Made by a program: the position numbers and the translations under genes. This document shows positions 9,097 through 20,205 of a DNA stretch of 64,000 nt, piece by piece (positions within the stretch are counted from its first letter, which is position 1; every line of letters begins with the position of its first letter). This DNA is from Polyangiales bacterium. Lineage in GTDB: Bacteria; Myxococcota_A; Polyangia; Polyangiales; Ga0077539. The stretch is from assembly GCA_044229975.1 (NCBI GenBank), contig JBGARZ010000004.1, forward strand, positions 448,001-512,000, in the 5' to 3' direction. The notes beneath the pieces are model-generated. The model was not told the origin of the DNA, searched no databases, and saw only the letters and a program-made list of their open reading frames with translations.

Positions 9097-10068
9097 TCAG
9101 AACCTCCCCACCACCCCGACGCCCGCGCCGTCGGCGCGCGGCTGCACCACCACGGTCGCGGCCGGGCCCGACGGCGCGGCGTCTCCCCTCGTCGCCATCA
9201 CCAGCGCCATCACCCCCGACGCCACCGCCGCCACCGCCATCACGTCCGCCGTGATCGACAGCGCCCGCCCCCGCGTCGCCAGCGAGTCCACGTCCGTCGA
9301 CTCCATCGTCCGCATCCGAAACTCGTCGTGCGTGCTGATCGCCAGTCCCCCCGTCACCGCCGCGCCCAGCACCAGCGCACCACCCGTCGCAGCCCACACC
9401 CACGGCCGCGCCCACCACACGCGCGTCACCGGTCGCTGCACCCTCACCACCGGCGGCGTCACCACCACCGGCGGCGCGACCACCACCGGCGGCGCCTCCA
9501 CCACCGGCGCCTCGACCGCGGGCAGCACCAGCCGCAGCGACGTCTGATCACCCGACGCCAGCGTCACCTCCACCCGCTGCGTCACCCGCTCCGGGGCCGT
9601 CGCCTCGATCACATGGTGCCCCGGACCCACGGCGATCACTTCGCCCGTCGCCGCGCGGCCGTCCACCGTCACCGCGGCCGTCGTCGGGTCGCACGTCACG
9701 CGCACCCTCGCCATCAGCGGCTCCATCTCCCGCAGCGCCCGTTCGGCGTCGCCCCGCTGCCGCGAGCGCTGGCCCTCCGTCGCCGCGAGAAACCTCCGCA
9801 GCGCGTCGATGGCCTCCGGGTACTCGTGCAGCGCCTGGTGCGTCGCGCCCAGGTTGAAGAGCAGCGACGGCCGCGACGACAGCGCGTACGCCCGCTCGAA
9901 CTCCACCAGCGCCGCCCGCAGGTCACCCGACTCGAAGAGAAACACCGCCCGTTCGAAGTGCGTTCGCGCCTCGGCCGACGGATCGGTCTGCGCGCTTGCC
10001 GCCTGCGCGCTCACCAGCAACCCCGCCCCGAGCGCCATCGCCGCCCACCACCGCCGCGCCACCACCAT
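9097..10068 (-). CDS. Exported TPR + PEGA-like protein
   Basis: Signal peptide; EARTHFERAV...ALVEFERAY...LLFNLG TPR; VTVDGR...VGPGHHVIEA PEGA-like; C-terminal hydrophobic segments. Confidence 0.8.
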   Translation of the reverse strand: MVVARRWWAAMALGAGLLVSAQAASAQTDPSAEARTHFERAVFLFESGDLRAALVEFERAYALSSRPSLLFNLGATHQALHEYPEAIDALRRFLAATEGQRSRQRGDAERALREMEPLMARVRVTCDPTTAAVTVDGRAATGEVIAVGPGHHVIEATAPERVTQRVEVTLASGDQTSLRLVLPAVEAPVVEAPPVVVAPPVVVTPPVVRVQRPVTRVWWARPWVWAATGGALVLGAAVTGGLAISTHDEFRMRTMESTDVDSLATRGRALSITADVMAVAAVASGVMALVMATRGDAAPSGPAATVVVQPRADGAGVGVVGRF

Positions 10069-10071
10069 CGA

Positions 10072-11472
10072 TCACCACTCTCGTGAGATGTGCAGCGAGC
10101 CCGCGCCTCCACCGCCTCCCCGCCTCCCCGTAGAGGGCGCTCGCGGCGTCTGCGCGGCGTGCGGTGTGTGCGGTGCTCGCGGCGCGTGCTCGGTGTGCAC
10201 GGCGTGATGCGCGTGGTGCGATCCGTGATGTCGGTGGCGACGCCGCGTCGGTGGCTCTTCGCTCGGCGGCTCTGCGATCGGCGCGGGTGCGCTCGGCGGG
10301 GGCGCCGCCGCGACGGGCTCCGTCGGCGCGACCACCGGGTCGACCTCGGGCGCCGCGGGCGCGACCGTCGGCTCGGGCGCCGCCACGGCGGGCACCGGGC
10401 GTCGCGCGGCGTGGCGCTGCGGCGTCGAGCGGGCGCCGGCGGCCACCACGAGGCCGAGGACGACGAGCGAGAGCAACACGGCCCAGACGGAGATCTGTCG
10501 GCCCGTGACGCGCGGTCGACCCTCGACGGAGGTGATCATCGTGCGGCGGAAGGCGCGCCGCGGCGACGTCGAGAGGGCGTCCATCACCTGCTGCACGGGC
10601 GGCTCGTCGCTGACGGCGATGCGCTCCGCGCCGAAGGCCCTGATCGCCTCCAGAAACTCCCGCGCCGACTGGAAGCGCTCGTCGCGGTCGCGCCGCAGCG
10701 CCTGCAACACCACCGCGTCGATGGCCCGCGGAACCCCCGGCGCGATGCTGCTCGGCAGCGGCGGCGCCTCGCTCCCACGAACGATCTCCAGGAACAGCTC
10801 CCCCTGGCTCGCGCCCTCGTAGGGGAATCCCCCGGTGAGCATCTCGTAGAGCATCACGCCGACGGCGAAGAGGTCGGCGCGGTGGTCGATGTCCCGGCGA
10901 CCCATCCACTGCTCCGGGGCCATGTACGCGGGCGTTCCGACGGGCAGGCCCTCCTGCGTGGTCTCGTAGAGCGTCCCGGCGTCGCGGCGAAACTTCGACA
11001 CGCCGAAGTCGAGGAGCTTCACCGTCGTGCCGCCGTAGTCCGCGAGGAAGACGTTTTCGGGCTTCAGGTCGCGATGAACGATCCCCTTCGCGTGCGCCGA
11101 GGCGAGCGCCGACAGCACGCTCCCGATGATGACGCAGGTCTCGCGCGTGGAGATCACCGCCGCCCGCGCGAGGCGCTCGGCCAGCGTCTCTCCGCGCAGC
11201 AGCTCCATCACCATGTACGGCTCGGCGCGGTGCATCCCCGTGTCGATCACCTCGACGATGTTGGGGTGCCCGATGGCCGCCGCCGCGCGCGCCTCGCGGG
11301 CGAAGCGCTTCACCGCCTCTGGCTGCCGCGCGTAGTGGGCGTGCAGCATCTTCACCGCCAGCCGCTTGCCCACGCCGAGGTGCTCGACCTCGTAGACCGC
11401 CCCCATGCCCCCTTCGCCGAGCAGTCGGATGACCCGGTAACGCGCGTCGATCTCGGTGCCTGGATCGATCAC
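10072..11472 (-). CDS. Membrane Ser/Thr protein kinase
   Basis: LGEGGMGAVY, AVK, HRDLKPEN, DFG, GTPAYMAPEQ and DLFAVG; TM helix then Pro/His-rich tail. Start chosen at GTG 11472 (GAAGGGG upstream); the ORF track starts at 11511. Confidence 0.92.
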   Translation of the reverse strand: MIDPGTEIDARYRVIRLLGEGGMGAVYEVEHLGVGKRLAVKMLHAHYARQPEAVKRFAREARAAAAIGHPNIVEVIDTGMHRAEPYMVMELLRGETLAERLARAAVISTRETCVIIGSVLSALASAHAKGIVHRDLKPENVFLADYGGTTVKLLDFGVSKFRRDAGTLYETTQEGLPVGTPAYMAPEQWMGRRDIDHRADLFAVGVMLYEMLTGGFPYEGASQGELFLEIVRGSEAPPLPSSIAPGVPRAIDAVVLQALRRDRDERFQSAREFLEAIRAFGAERIAVSDEPPVQQVMDALSTSPRRAFRRTMITSVEGRPRVTGRQISVWAVLLSLVVLGLVVAAGARSTPQRHAARRPVPAVAAPEPTVAPAAPEVDPVVAPTEPVAAAPPPSAPAPIAEPPSEEPPTRRRHRHHGSHHAHHAVHTEHAPRAPHTPHAAQTPRAPSTGRRGGGGGAGSLHISREW

Positions 11473-11485
11473 GTCCAGCGCCCCT

Positions 11486-12249
11486 TCAGTTGCACGACGC
11501 CCGACAGACACCCGCGCAGCAGCGTGCTCCGGTCGCGCAGCGGGTCAGGCACCCGCCGCAGTGGTTGACGTCGGTGGCGAGGTCGTAGCAGGCCGAGGTG
11601 CAGAGCGTCTGCCCGGCACGGCACCAGCTGCACACGCCCACGACGCAGTACGGCTGGATGCCGCACCGACGCGTGCAGCCGCCGCAGTTGAAGGGGTCGG
11701 TGTCGACGTTGGCGTCGCAGCCGGGACCCGCGTCGCGTCGATCGGTCGGGACGTCCATCACGTCGGGCGCGTCGACCACATCGGGGACGTCGACCACGTC
11801 CATCACATCCGGGACGTCCACCACATCGGGCGCGTCGACCACGTCCATCACATCGGGGACGTCCACCACATCGGGCGCGTCGACCACGTCCATCCCTTCC
11901 GGGACGTCCACCACATCGGGCGCGTCGGGCGCATCGGGCGCGTCCGATACATCGGGCACATCCGACACGTCGGGCACATCCATCGAGGCGTCGGGTGCAT
12001 CCGTCGCGTCGGGTGCATCCGTCGCGTCGGTCGCGTCGCTCGCGTCGACCACGTCGGGCGCATCCGTCGAGGCGTCCATCCCGTCGGGGTGATCGGCGCC
12101 GAGGTCCGTCACGTCGGGCGCGTCCATCGTCGCGGCGTCGCGCGCGGCGGGGAGGTTGGCCCGGCTGAAGTCCAGCGCGAAGGTGCAGCCCACCGAGACG
12201 ACGAGGCTCAACCCCAGGAGCTGACGACGCACGCCCGTCATCGGCCCGC

Positions 12250-12253
<4 letters not shown>
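11486..12253 (-). CDS. Lipoprotein with Asp/Val/Pro repeat linker and C-terminal Cys-rich repeats
   Basis: Lipobox [20 protein letters not shown] repeats; DPFNCGGC and DVNHCGGC motifs. GTG 12253 overlaps the upstream TGA (ATG 12241 is an alternative start). Confidence 0.75.
11745..12130. repeat. Intragenic imperfect tandem repeats encoding a D-A/V-P/M linker
   Basis: Recurring GTCGACCACGTCCATCACATC-GGG-GACGTCCACCACATCGGGCGC units and 9/18-nt subrepeats. Confidence 0.85.
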
Positions 12254-13608
<1,355 letters not shown>

Positions 13609-13698
13609 GACGGCCCGATGATACTCCGCCGCGACCCCTGCGCGCACTCACTGGCTTGGTGTGCAGCGTTCGTACACCCGGCGAGGTCATTGGGGGGG

Positions 13699-14907
13699 TC
13701 AGCGCCGTCGCCACGTCTCGATGGTGGTCACCTGCCAGTAGTCGGCGGTGAGGTCGGTCATGGGGATGATGCGCCACGCCTGGAAGCGACCGTGGCCGTT
13801 CTTGGTGAACATGTACCCGCCCAGCAGGCGCGTCGCGGCGTGGATGATGTCGCCGGTGGCGTCGCGCAGCACCACGACGTCGCCGACCTGCGTCGCCGCG
13901 GGGATGCGCGCGAAGTCCCGCGCGAGGATGGCGTCGAGCGCCGGCCCGGAGGCCACCTGACCGTTGGCGTCGTTGACGAAGCGCAGCACGGACCAGTAGC
14001 AGTTGGTCCAGTCTTCGCCGACCACGGGGAAGGTGTCGACGCGCTGCTGGGCCCACTCCGGGAGCAGGGACGTGAGCGGCACGGTGGCCTCGTGCGCGGC
14101 CCGCGCGGCCACGAGGCGGGCGCGCACGGCGGAGCGCTGGTACGGCGGAAACTCCGCGGTGAAGCGCTCGACGGCGGCGTCGTCGGTGAGGCGCAGCGAG
14201 ACCGTGGCGCTGCGGCGGCTGAGCAGGGCGCGCACGAACGACTGACACAGCGCGGGTGATCCGAGGCGCGCGCAGACCGTCCCGAGGTCGGAGAAGGACG
14301 GGACGCCCCCGCTGTTCCAGGTGAGGGCGTCGACGAGGGGCTGCGCCTCGGGCGGCATCGAGGGGACGGCGCTGAAGGGGCCGAGCTCGACGGCGCGGTA
14401 GAAGGTGTCGTCGTTTTGCGGGTTGTCGGTCGTCGTCGCGAGGCGGGCGTAGAGCAGGGTGCGGGCCGCGGCGCTCATCGCCGCGAGGCCCTCGTACGTG
14501 GGCCAGAACCGGCACCCGTCGGCGTTACACTGGAGATGCGCGGCGGCGTCGGGGACGTCGCGGAGCTGCGCGAGCGTGTCGGTCTGCGAGAGGCCGGGAA
14601 AGCGCCAGGGTCGGGTGATGTTCCAGTTGCGCAGCGCGAGGATGTCGTCGGGAATGACCACCTGGTGCATCTGCACCGAGAGGTCATCGGGGCGCAGCCC
14701 AGGGGTCGCTCCCGTGGGCGTCGCGTCGACGCTCGTCGCCGTCCCCGTCCCTGCGCCCAGCCGCGCGCGGCCCAAGAAGAGCGCACCCGCGAAGAACAGC
14801 AACGCCCCGATCACCTGCACGGGCACCGGCACCACGAGCGACCGCTGCGCGGCGCGCGCGCGGGTCTCGGCCTGGTTCTTCTCGTGAAAGCGTCGTCGCC
14901 TGGACAT
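13699..14907 (-). CDS. Membrane-anchored protein with a C-terminal papain-like (NlpC/P60-type) Cys-His motif set
   Basis: N-terminal TM segment (VIGALLFFAGALFLG); C-terminal NCYW...GDVVVL...IIHAA...FTKNG. Start at ATG 14907. Confidence 0.6.
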   Translation of the reverse strand: MSRRRRFHEKNQAETRARAAQRSLVVPVPVQVIGALLFFAGALFLGRARLGAGTGTATSVDATPTGATPGLRPDDLSVQMHQVVIPDDILALRNWNITRPWRFPGLSQTDTLAQLRDVPDAAAHLQCNADGCRFWPTYEGLAAMSAAARTLLYARLATTTDNPQNDDTFYRAVELGPFSAVPSMPPEAQPLVDALTWNSGGVPSFSDLGTVCARLGSPALCQSFVRALLSRRSATVSLRLTDDAAVERFTAEFPPYQRSAVRARLVAARAAHEATVPLTSLLPEWAQQRVDTFPVVGEDWTNCYWSVLRFVNDANGQVASGPALDAILARDFARIPAATQVGDVVVLRDATGDIIHAATRLLGGYMFTKNGHGRFQAWRIIPMTDLTADYWQVTTIETWRRR

Positions 14908-14953
14908 CGGGGGTGATGGTCGTTGGGGGAGGGAGATGCGGCTCTCGCACCTC

Positions 14954-14969
14954 TGCATCGCGCGCGCCC
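14954..14969 (-). promoter_or_regulatory. Possible sigma54 promoter of the 13699-14907 gene
   Basis: Minus strand GGGCGCGCGCGATGCA gives GG-N10-GC with mismatches to TGGCACG-N4-TTGCA; a TGCA-containing palindrome (CCTGCACTGTGCAGG) lies ~90 bp upstream. Confidence 0.3.
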
Positions 14970-15182
14970 GGCCATTGTGCGAGTTTCGTTCCGTCGTGGC
15001 TACGATGGGATTTCGGCCCATCGACACGGGTGGTGTGTCACCAACCTTGCACCCCTGCACTGTGCAGGTTTCGAACGCATCGCCCGGTGTTGGGGCTTTT
15101 GGCGTCGGCGTGGCGTGACGGGGTCTCGCCCGGGGTATCCATTCGCCTGCTGATTGGATGGCGTTGGGATATAGCTTGGCGG

Positions 15183-16082
15183 ATGTCCCTTCCCTCGATG
15201 GAGAACCTCCGTTGCTTCGTGGCCGCCGCGGAGACGCTGAACTTCCGGGCGGCGGCGAAGGCCGTGGCGCTCACGCCCGCCGCGCTTGGTCAGCGCGTGA
15301 AGCAGCTGGAGGGCGAGGTCGGCCACGCGCTCTTCGTCCGCACGACGCGCTCGGTGGCGCTGACGCCCGCGGGGCTCGCGATGCTGCCTGAGGCGCGGCG
15401 CACCCTGGCGGCGGCGGACACGTGCGTGCGTGCTGCGCGGGGCGACCTCGGTCCGCCTCCCTCGGAGCTGGTGCTGGGCACGCGCCACGAGCTCGGGATG
15501 AGCTGGCTGATGCCGCAGCTGCCGCGGCTGACGAAGGCGCGGCCCGACCTGACGCTGCACCTGTACGTGAGCTACTCGTCCGACCTGCTGCTGCGATTGC
15601 GGACGCGCGAGGTCGACTGCGCGGTGCTGTCGGCGCGCTTCAGCGACCCGATGCTCGACGCCATCGCGCTGCACCGCGAGGACTACGTCTTCGTGGCGTC
15701 GAAGGCGCTGCTGGAGCGATCGCCGCTGTCGAAGCCCGAGCACGCGGCGGCGCACACGCTGGTGGACGTCTCACCGGAGATGCCGCTGTTCCGGTACTGG
15801 CGCGAGGCGGCCGGGGAGATGGGCGCCGGGCTGCGCTTCGCGAAGGTGCTGCGCATGGGGACCATCGCGGCCATCGAGCACCTGGTGTCGCGCGGCGATG
15901 GCGTGGCGGTGCTGCCGAAGTACCTCGTGGAGAAGAAGGTCGAGTCGGGCGCGCTGCGGGTGGTGTTTCCGAAGGTGAAGCCGGGGTTCGACCACTTCCG
16001 GTTGGTGTTCCGTGGAGGGGACGCGCGGCGGCCGGACTACGAGGCGCTCGCGCACATGCTGCTGGAGGCGCCGCTGCGGTAG
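15183..16082 (+). CDS. LysR-family transcriptional regulator
   Basis: [35 protein letters not shown]...[15 protein letters not shown]; 299 aa from ATG 15183. Confidence 0.92.
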   Translation: MSLPSMENLRCFVAAAETLNFRAAAKAVALTPAALGQRVKQLEGEVGHALFVRTTRSVALTPAGLAMLPEARRTLAAADTCVRAARGDLGPPPSELVLGTRHELGMSWLMPQLPRLTKARPDLTLHLYVSYSSDLLLRLRTREVDCAVLSARFSDPMLDAIALHREDYVFVASKALLERSPLSKPEHAAAHTLVDVSPEMPLFRYWREAAGEMGAGLRFAKVLRMGTIAAIEHLVSRGDGVAVLPKYLVEKKVESGALRVVFPKVKPGFDHFRLVFRGGDARRPDYEALAHMLLEAPLR

Positions 16083-16089
16083 CCGCCCG

Positions 16090-17364
16090 TCACATCCCCG
16101 TTGGCACCGCCGCCAGCGCGTACTGCCGATCGAAGTACACCCCGTAGGCGCTGGCCGCGTTGGAGTCGCGGATCCACAGGCTGTTCTCGTTGTTGGACCA
16201 CGCCGCGGCCGACCAGTTGGCCGAGCCCGTGATGACCACCTGGCCGTCGATGAGGAGCATCTTGCTGTGCACGTTGTCGACCCGGATGGGGACACCGGCG
16301 GCCCGCAGCGCCATCGCCGGCGGGTCGTTGAGGTACTCGAACGCCACGATGCCGCGCACCATCACGCCCCGCGCCCGCGCGGCGATCATCGCGTCGGAGA
16401 GCTCGGTGCGCGTCCACGAGGCGATGACGAAGTCCACCGAGGTGCGCGCGTCGCCGATGGCGCCGACCATGTCCGTGAACCACCGCGCCGGGCTCGACGC
16501 GGGCGAGCGCGGGCTGAAGTACACCGAGTAGCGACCCGAGGTCGCCGGGCCCGCCGACACCACCGGGCCAAACGAGCGGTCCGTGAACATCCGCTGAAAC
16601 TCCGCTTCGAACGAGGCCACGATGGGCGCGTCGTCGATGACCACGGCGTCGTTGGCGTCCTGGCAGTACGAGGTCTCGCTGCTGTTGGCGGAGCCGACCC
16701 AGACGCGCGCGCCGTCGGCGACGAAGTACTTGTGGTGCATCAGCGCCCCGCTGCGCCCGTCGGCGAGCATCGTGACGCGAGGGTGGCCGTCGAGGCGGGC
16801 CAGCGGACACATGAGGGTTCCGCCGACGCGGGGGCAGGTCTCGTCGTCGTATACGAGCTGCACCGTGAGCCCCGGCGCCGCCGTCAGCCGCGCGAGGATG
16901 GCATCCGGCACGCACGCCCACAGCGTCTCGTAGAGGGCGATGTGCAGGCTGGTGCTGGCGCACGAGATGACCCCCATGAGCTGGTCGAGCAGGTCGCGCT
17001 CGGGGCTGAACGCGGGCGTGTCGGCCATCGGCGCCATGCACGTCGGGGGGAGCGTCGGGCACACGCACGAGCGCCCGGAGTCGCGCCCGGCGTCGACGCG
17101 GCGAGCGTCCGTCGGGACGTCGGTGGCCGTCGCGGGAACGTCCATCGCGGGCGTGTCGCTGGCGGTCGCGGGCACATCGATGACGGCGGGGGCGTCGATG
17201 GCGGCGGGGACGTCGGTGGTTCCGAGGTCGGGAGACACGGCGGCGTCGGCGGTGGTCGCGGCGTCCTCCGTGAAGACGCCGGGGAGCGTGGCGGTGGAGC
17301 GGCACGCGCTGGCCAGGGTGGCGACGGTGAAGAGACCAGCGAGCCAGCGGGCGGAGGGGTTCAT
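16090..17364 (-). CDS. Phospholipase D-superfamily lipoprotein (two HKD motifs)
   Basis: Lipobox LASAC; D/A/P-rich linker; HHKYFVAD...GSANSS and HSKMLLID...GSANWS...NNEN. Confidence 0.88.
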   Translation of the reverse strand: MNPSARWLAGLFTVATLASACRSTATLPGVFTEDAATTADAAVSPDLGTTDVPAAIDAPAVIDVPATASDTPAMDVPATATDVPTDARRVDAGRDSGRSCVCPTLPPTCMAPMADTPAFSPERDLLDQLMGVISCASTSLHIALYETLWACVPDAILARLTAAPGLTVQLVYDDETCPRVGGTLMCPLARLDGHPRVTMLADGRSGALMHHKYFVADGARVWVGSANSSETSYCQDANDAVVIDDAPIVASFEAEFQRMFTDRSFGPVVSAGPATSGRYSVYFSPRSPASSPARWFTDMVGAIGDARTSVDFVIASWTRTELSDAMIAARARGVMVRGIVAFEYLNDPPAMALRAAGVPIRVDNVHSKMLLIDGQVVITGSANWSAAAWSNNENSLWIRDSNAASAYGVYFDRQYALAAVPTGM

Positions 17365-17490
17365 CGCGGGGGAGGGTACGGTCGCCGCGCGGGCGCGGTC
17401 TATCTATCGGCCAACGGGGCGCTGATCGGCGCCGTGGTCGAGTCGGTCACTCGCCTTCGCGGGGGCAGTCGTCCTAGAAGGGGCGCCAGC

Positions 17491-18423
17491 ATGACGGCGA
17501 CCGACGCGATCATCTCGATCAAGAACCTCACCAAGACCTACGCCTCGGGCCATCAAGCGTTGAAGGGCGTGTCGCTCGACATCCGGCGCGGCGAGATCTT
17601 CGCGCTGCTCGGCCCCAACGGCGCGGGCAAGACCACCCTCATCGGCGCGGTGTGCGGGCTCGTGAACATCACCGCCGGCACCGTCCTCGCCGACGGCCAC
17701 GACGTGGTGAAGGACTTCCGCGCCGCCCGCGCCACCATCGGCCTCGTCCCGCAAGAACTCTCCACCGACATGTTCGAGACCGTCTGGGACACGGTGACCT
17801 TCAGCCGCGGATTGTTCGGCCGGCGCTCCGACCCGAAGCACATCGAGAAGGTGCTGCGCGAGCTGTCGCTGTGGGACAAGCGCGACAGCAAGATCATGAC
17901 GCTGTCTGGTGGGATGAAGCGCCGCGTGCTCATCGCGAAGGCGCTGTCGCACGAGCCGCGGATCCTCTTCCTCGACGAGCCCACGGCGGGCGTCGACGTG
18001 GAGCTGCGGCGGGACATGTGGACGATGGTTCGCGCGCTCCGCGAGACGGGCGTCACGATCATCCTGACGACGCACTACATCGAAGAGGCCGAGCAGATGG
18101 CCGACCGCGTGGGGGTCATCAACAAGGGAGAGATCGTGCTGGTCGAGGACAAGGCCGTGCTGATGGAGCGCCTCGGGAAGAAGCAGCTCACCCTCACGCT
18201 GATCGAACCGCTCGATCGTGTTCCCGCGGCGCTGTCGGGCTACGACCTCGCGCTGGCCGACGGCGGCAAGAAGCTGGTGTTCACCTTCCACGCCGAGCGC
18301 GACGCGGTGGCGGCCTTCCTCGCGGCGCTGTCCGAGCAGCGCGTGGGCTTCAGCGATCTCGCGACCCGCGAGAGCTCGCTCGAAGACATCTTCGTCAACC
18401 TCGTGCACGGGGGTGCGGCGTGA
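17491..18423 (+). CDS. ABC-2 exporter ATP-binding subunit (YadG-like)
   Basis: [27 protein letters not shown] and [11 protein letters not shown] 17491. Confidence 0.92.
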   Translation: MTATDAIISIKNLTKTYASGHQALKGVSLDIRRGEIFALLGPNGAGKTTLIGAVCGLVNITAGTVLADGHDVVKDFRAARATIGLVPQELSTDMFETVWDTVTFSRGLFGRRSDPKHIEKVLRELSLWDKRDSKIMTLSGGMKRRVLIAKALSHEPRILFLDEPTAGVDVELRRDMWTMVRALRETGVTIILTTHYIEEAEQMADRVGVINKGEIVLVEDKAVLMERLGKKQLTLTLIEPLDRVPAALSGYDLALADGGKKLVFTFHAERDAVAAFLAALSEQRVGFSDLATRESSLEDIFVNLVHGGAA

Positions 18424-19181
18424 ACGTCTACGCGGTCCGCGCGATCTACCTGTTCGAGATGGCGCGGGCGTGGCGCACGCTGATGCAGACCATCGCGGCG
18501 CCGGTCATCTCGACGTCGCTGTACTTCATCGTGTTCGGCTCGGCGATCGGGTCGCGCATGAGCCACGTCGGGGGCGTGTCATACGCGGCGTTCATCATCC
18601 CCGGCCTGACGATGCTGTCGCTGCTCACCGAGAGCATCTCCAACGCGTCGTTTGGCATCTACATGCCGCGCTTCTCGGGGACCATCTACGAGGCCCTCTC
18701 GGCGCCCATCTCCTTCGTCGAGATCGTGCTCGGCTACGTCGGCGCGGCGGCCACCAAGTCCGTCGTGCTCGGCACGGTGATCCTGCTGACGGCGCGGTTC
18801 TTCGTGCCGTACCACATCGCGCACCCGCTCTGGATGGTGGCCTTCCTGGTGCTGACGGCGGTGACCTTCAGCCTGTTCGGTTTCATCATCGGGCTCTGGG
18901 CCGACGGCTTCCAGAAGCTGCAACTGATCCCGATGCTGGTGGTGACGCCGCTGACCTTCCTGGGCGGCAGCTTCTACTCCGTCTCGATGCTCCCGCCGTT
19001 CTGGCAGAAGGTCACGCTCTGCAACCCGGTGGTCTACCTGGTGAGCGCCTTCCGCTGGAGCTTCTACGGGACCTCGGACGTCAACGTGCTCGCCAGCGTC
19101 GGGGTGACCGTGGCGTTCATGGTGGTGTGCCTCGCCGTGGTGCGCTGGCTGCTCAACACGGGGTATCGGCTGAAGTCGTAG
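18420..19181 (+). CDS. ABC-2 exporter permease (YadH-like)
   Basis: GTGA overlap with the ATPase; about six TM segments; [20 protein letters not shown] and [12 protein letters not shown]. Confidence 0.9.
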   Translation: MNVYAVRAIYLFEMARAWRTLMQTIAAPVISTSLYFIVFGSAIGSRMSHVGGVSYAAFIIPGLTMLSLLTESISNASFGIYMPRFSGTIYEALSAPISFVEIVLGYVGAAATKSVVLGTVILLTARFFVPYHIAHPLWMVAFLVLTAVTFSLFGFIIGLWADGFQKLQLIPMLVVTPLTFLGGSFYSVSMLPPFWQKVTLCNPVVYLVSAFRWSFYGTSDVNVLASVGVTVAFMVVCLAVVRWLLNTGYRLKS

Positions 19182-19263
19182 GCGGGCCGCCGGGCGCGGC
19201 GGCCTCGAAAAGAGGGAGCACCGCGCCGCGTCTCCGCGAGAGGTTGTGCTACCCATCGCCGCC

Positions 19264-20205
19264 ATGCGCTCGATCCCCGTCGTGGACCTCCGCGCCTTCA
19301 CCCACGGTGACGCCGCCGCCCAGGCCGATTTCGTCGCCCGCTTCGGCGATGGGCTCGCCGAGTTCGGCTTCGTCACCCTCGACCAGCACGGCATCCCACA
19401 AGACCTCATCCGGCGTGCATTCGACGTCTCGGCCCGCCTCTTCGCGTTACCCGATGAGGTAAAGAATCGCTGCATCGTCCCCGCCGCCAAGGGCAACCGC
19501 GGGTACGTCCCCTTCGGTCGTGAGCGGGCCGTCGGCGCGCGCCTCGCCGACCTCAAGGAGTTCTGGCACGTCGGCCAGGAGACCATCCGCCCCGAGCACG
19601 CCGCCCTCTACGACCGCAACGCGTGGCCCGATGATCCGGCCGTCGCCGACTTCCGCGAGGTGTCGCTCGCCCTCTACCGCTCGCTCGAATCCGTCGCGCT
19701 CGTCGCCCTCCGCGCCGTCGCCCGGTATCTCCGCCTGCCCGACGATCACTTCGCCTCCATGGCCGTCGACGGCAACAGCATCCTGCGGCTCATCCATTAC
19801 CCACCGGTGCCCGCGGACGTCCCGGAGGGCGCCGTGCGCGCCGCGGCCCACGAGGACATCAACCTCCTCACGCTCCTCGTCGAGAGCACCACCGGCGGCC
19901 TCGAGCTCCTCACCCGCGACGGGCAGTGGATCCCCGTGCACTCACTCTCGGGGCAGATCGTTCTTGATGCGGGCGACATGCTGCAACGCGCCACCAACGG
20001 GGTGATTCCGTCGACCACGCACCGGGTGGTCAACCCGTCGGGGCCCAACGTCACGCGCTACTCGCTGCCGTTCTTCACGCACCCGCGGCCCGAGGTGCTG
20101 CTCGCGCCCGCGGCCACCACGGTCACCGCCGAGCGGCCCGCGCGCGACGAGCCCATCACCGCGCAGGCCTTCCTCGAAGAGCGGCTGCGGGCCATCACCG
20201 CGTGA
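19264..20205 (+). CDS. 2-oxoglutarate/Fe(II) dioxygenase, isopenicillin-N-synthase family
   Basis: IPVVDL, NRGY, DLKE, LRLIHYPP, HEDI (HxD), STTHRV and RYSLPFF. Confidence 0.92.
   Translation: MRSIPVVDLRAFTHGDAAAQADFVARFGDGLAEFGFVTLDQHGIPQDLIRRAFDVSARLFALPDEVKNRCIVPAAKGNRGYVPFGRERAVGARLADLKEFWHVGQETIRPEHAALYDRNAWPDDPAVADFREVSLALYRSLESVALVALRAVARYLRLPDDHFASMAVDGNSILRLIHYPPVPADVPEGAVRAAAHEDINLLTLLVESTTGGLELLTRDGQWIPVHSLSGQIVLDAGDMLQRATNGVIPSTTHRVVNPSGPNVTRYSLPFFTHPRPEVLLAPAATTVTAERPARDEPITAQAFLEERLRAITA

Noticed and set aside
16012..17490. N-terminal extension of the ABC ATPase ORF (similarly the extensions of 17652, 14913, 21017, 41416 and 41931)
   Set aside because: They overlap other genes; recognisable sequence starts at the downstream starts used in the feature list.
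19264..20205. Beta-lactam biosynthesis (IPNS)
   Set aside because: Family membership only; no ACV synthetase or other cluster genes nearby.
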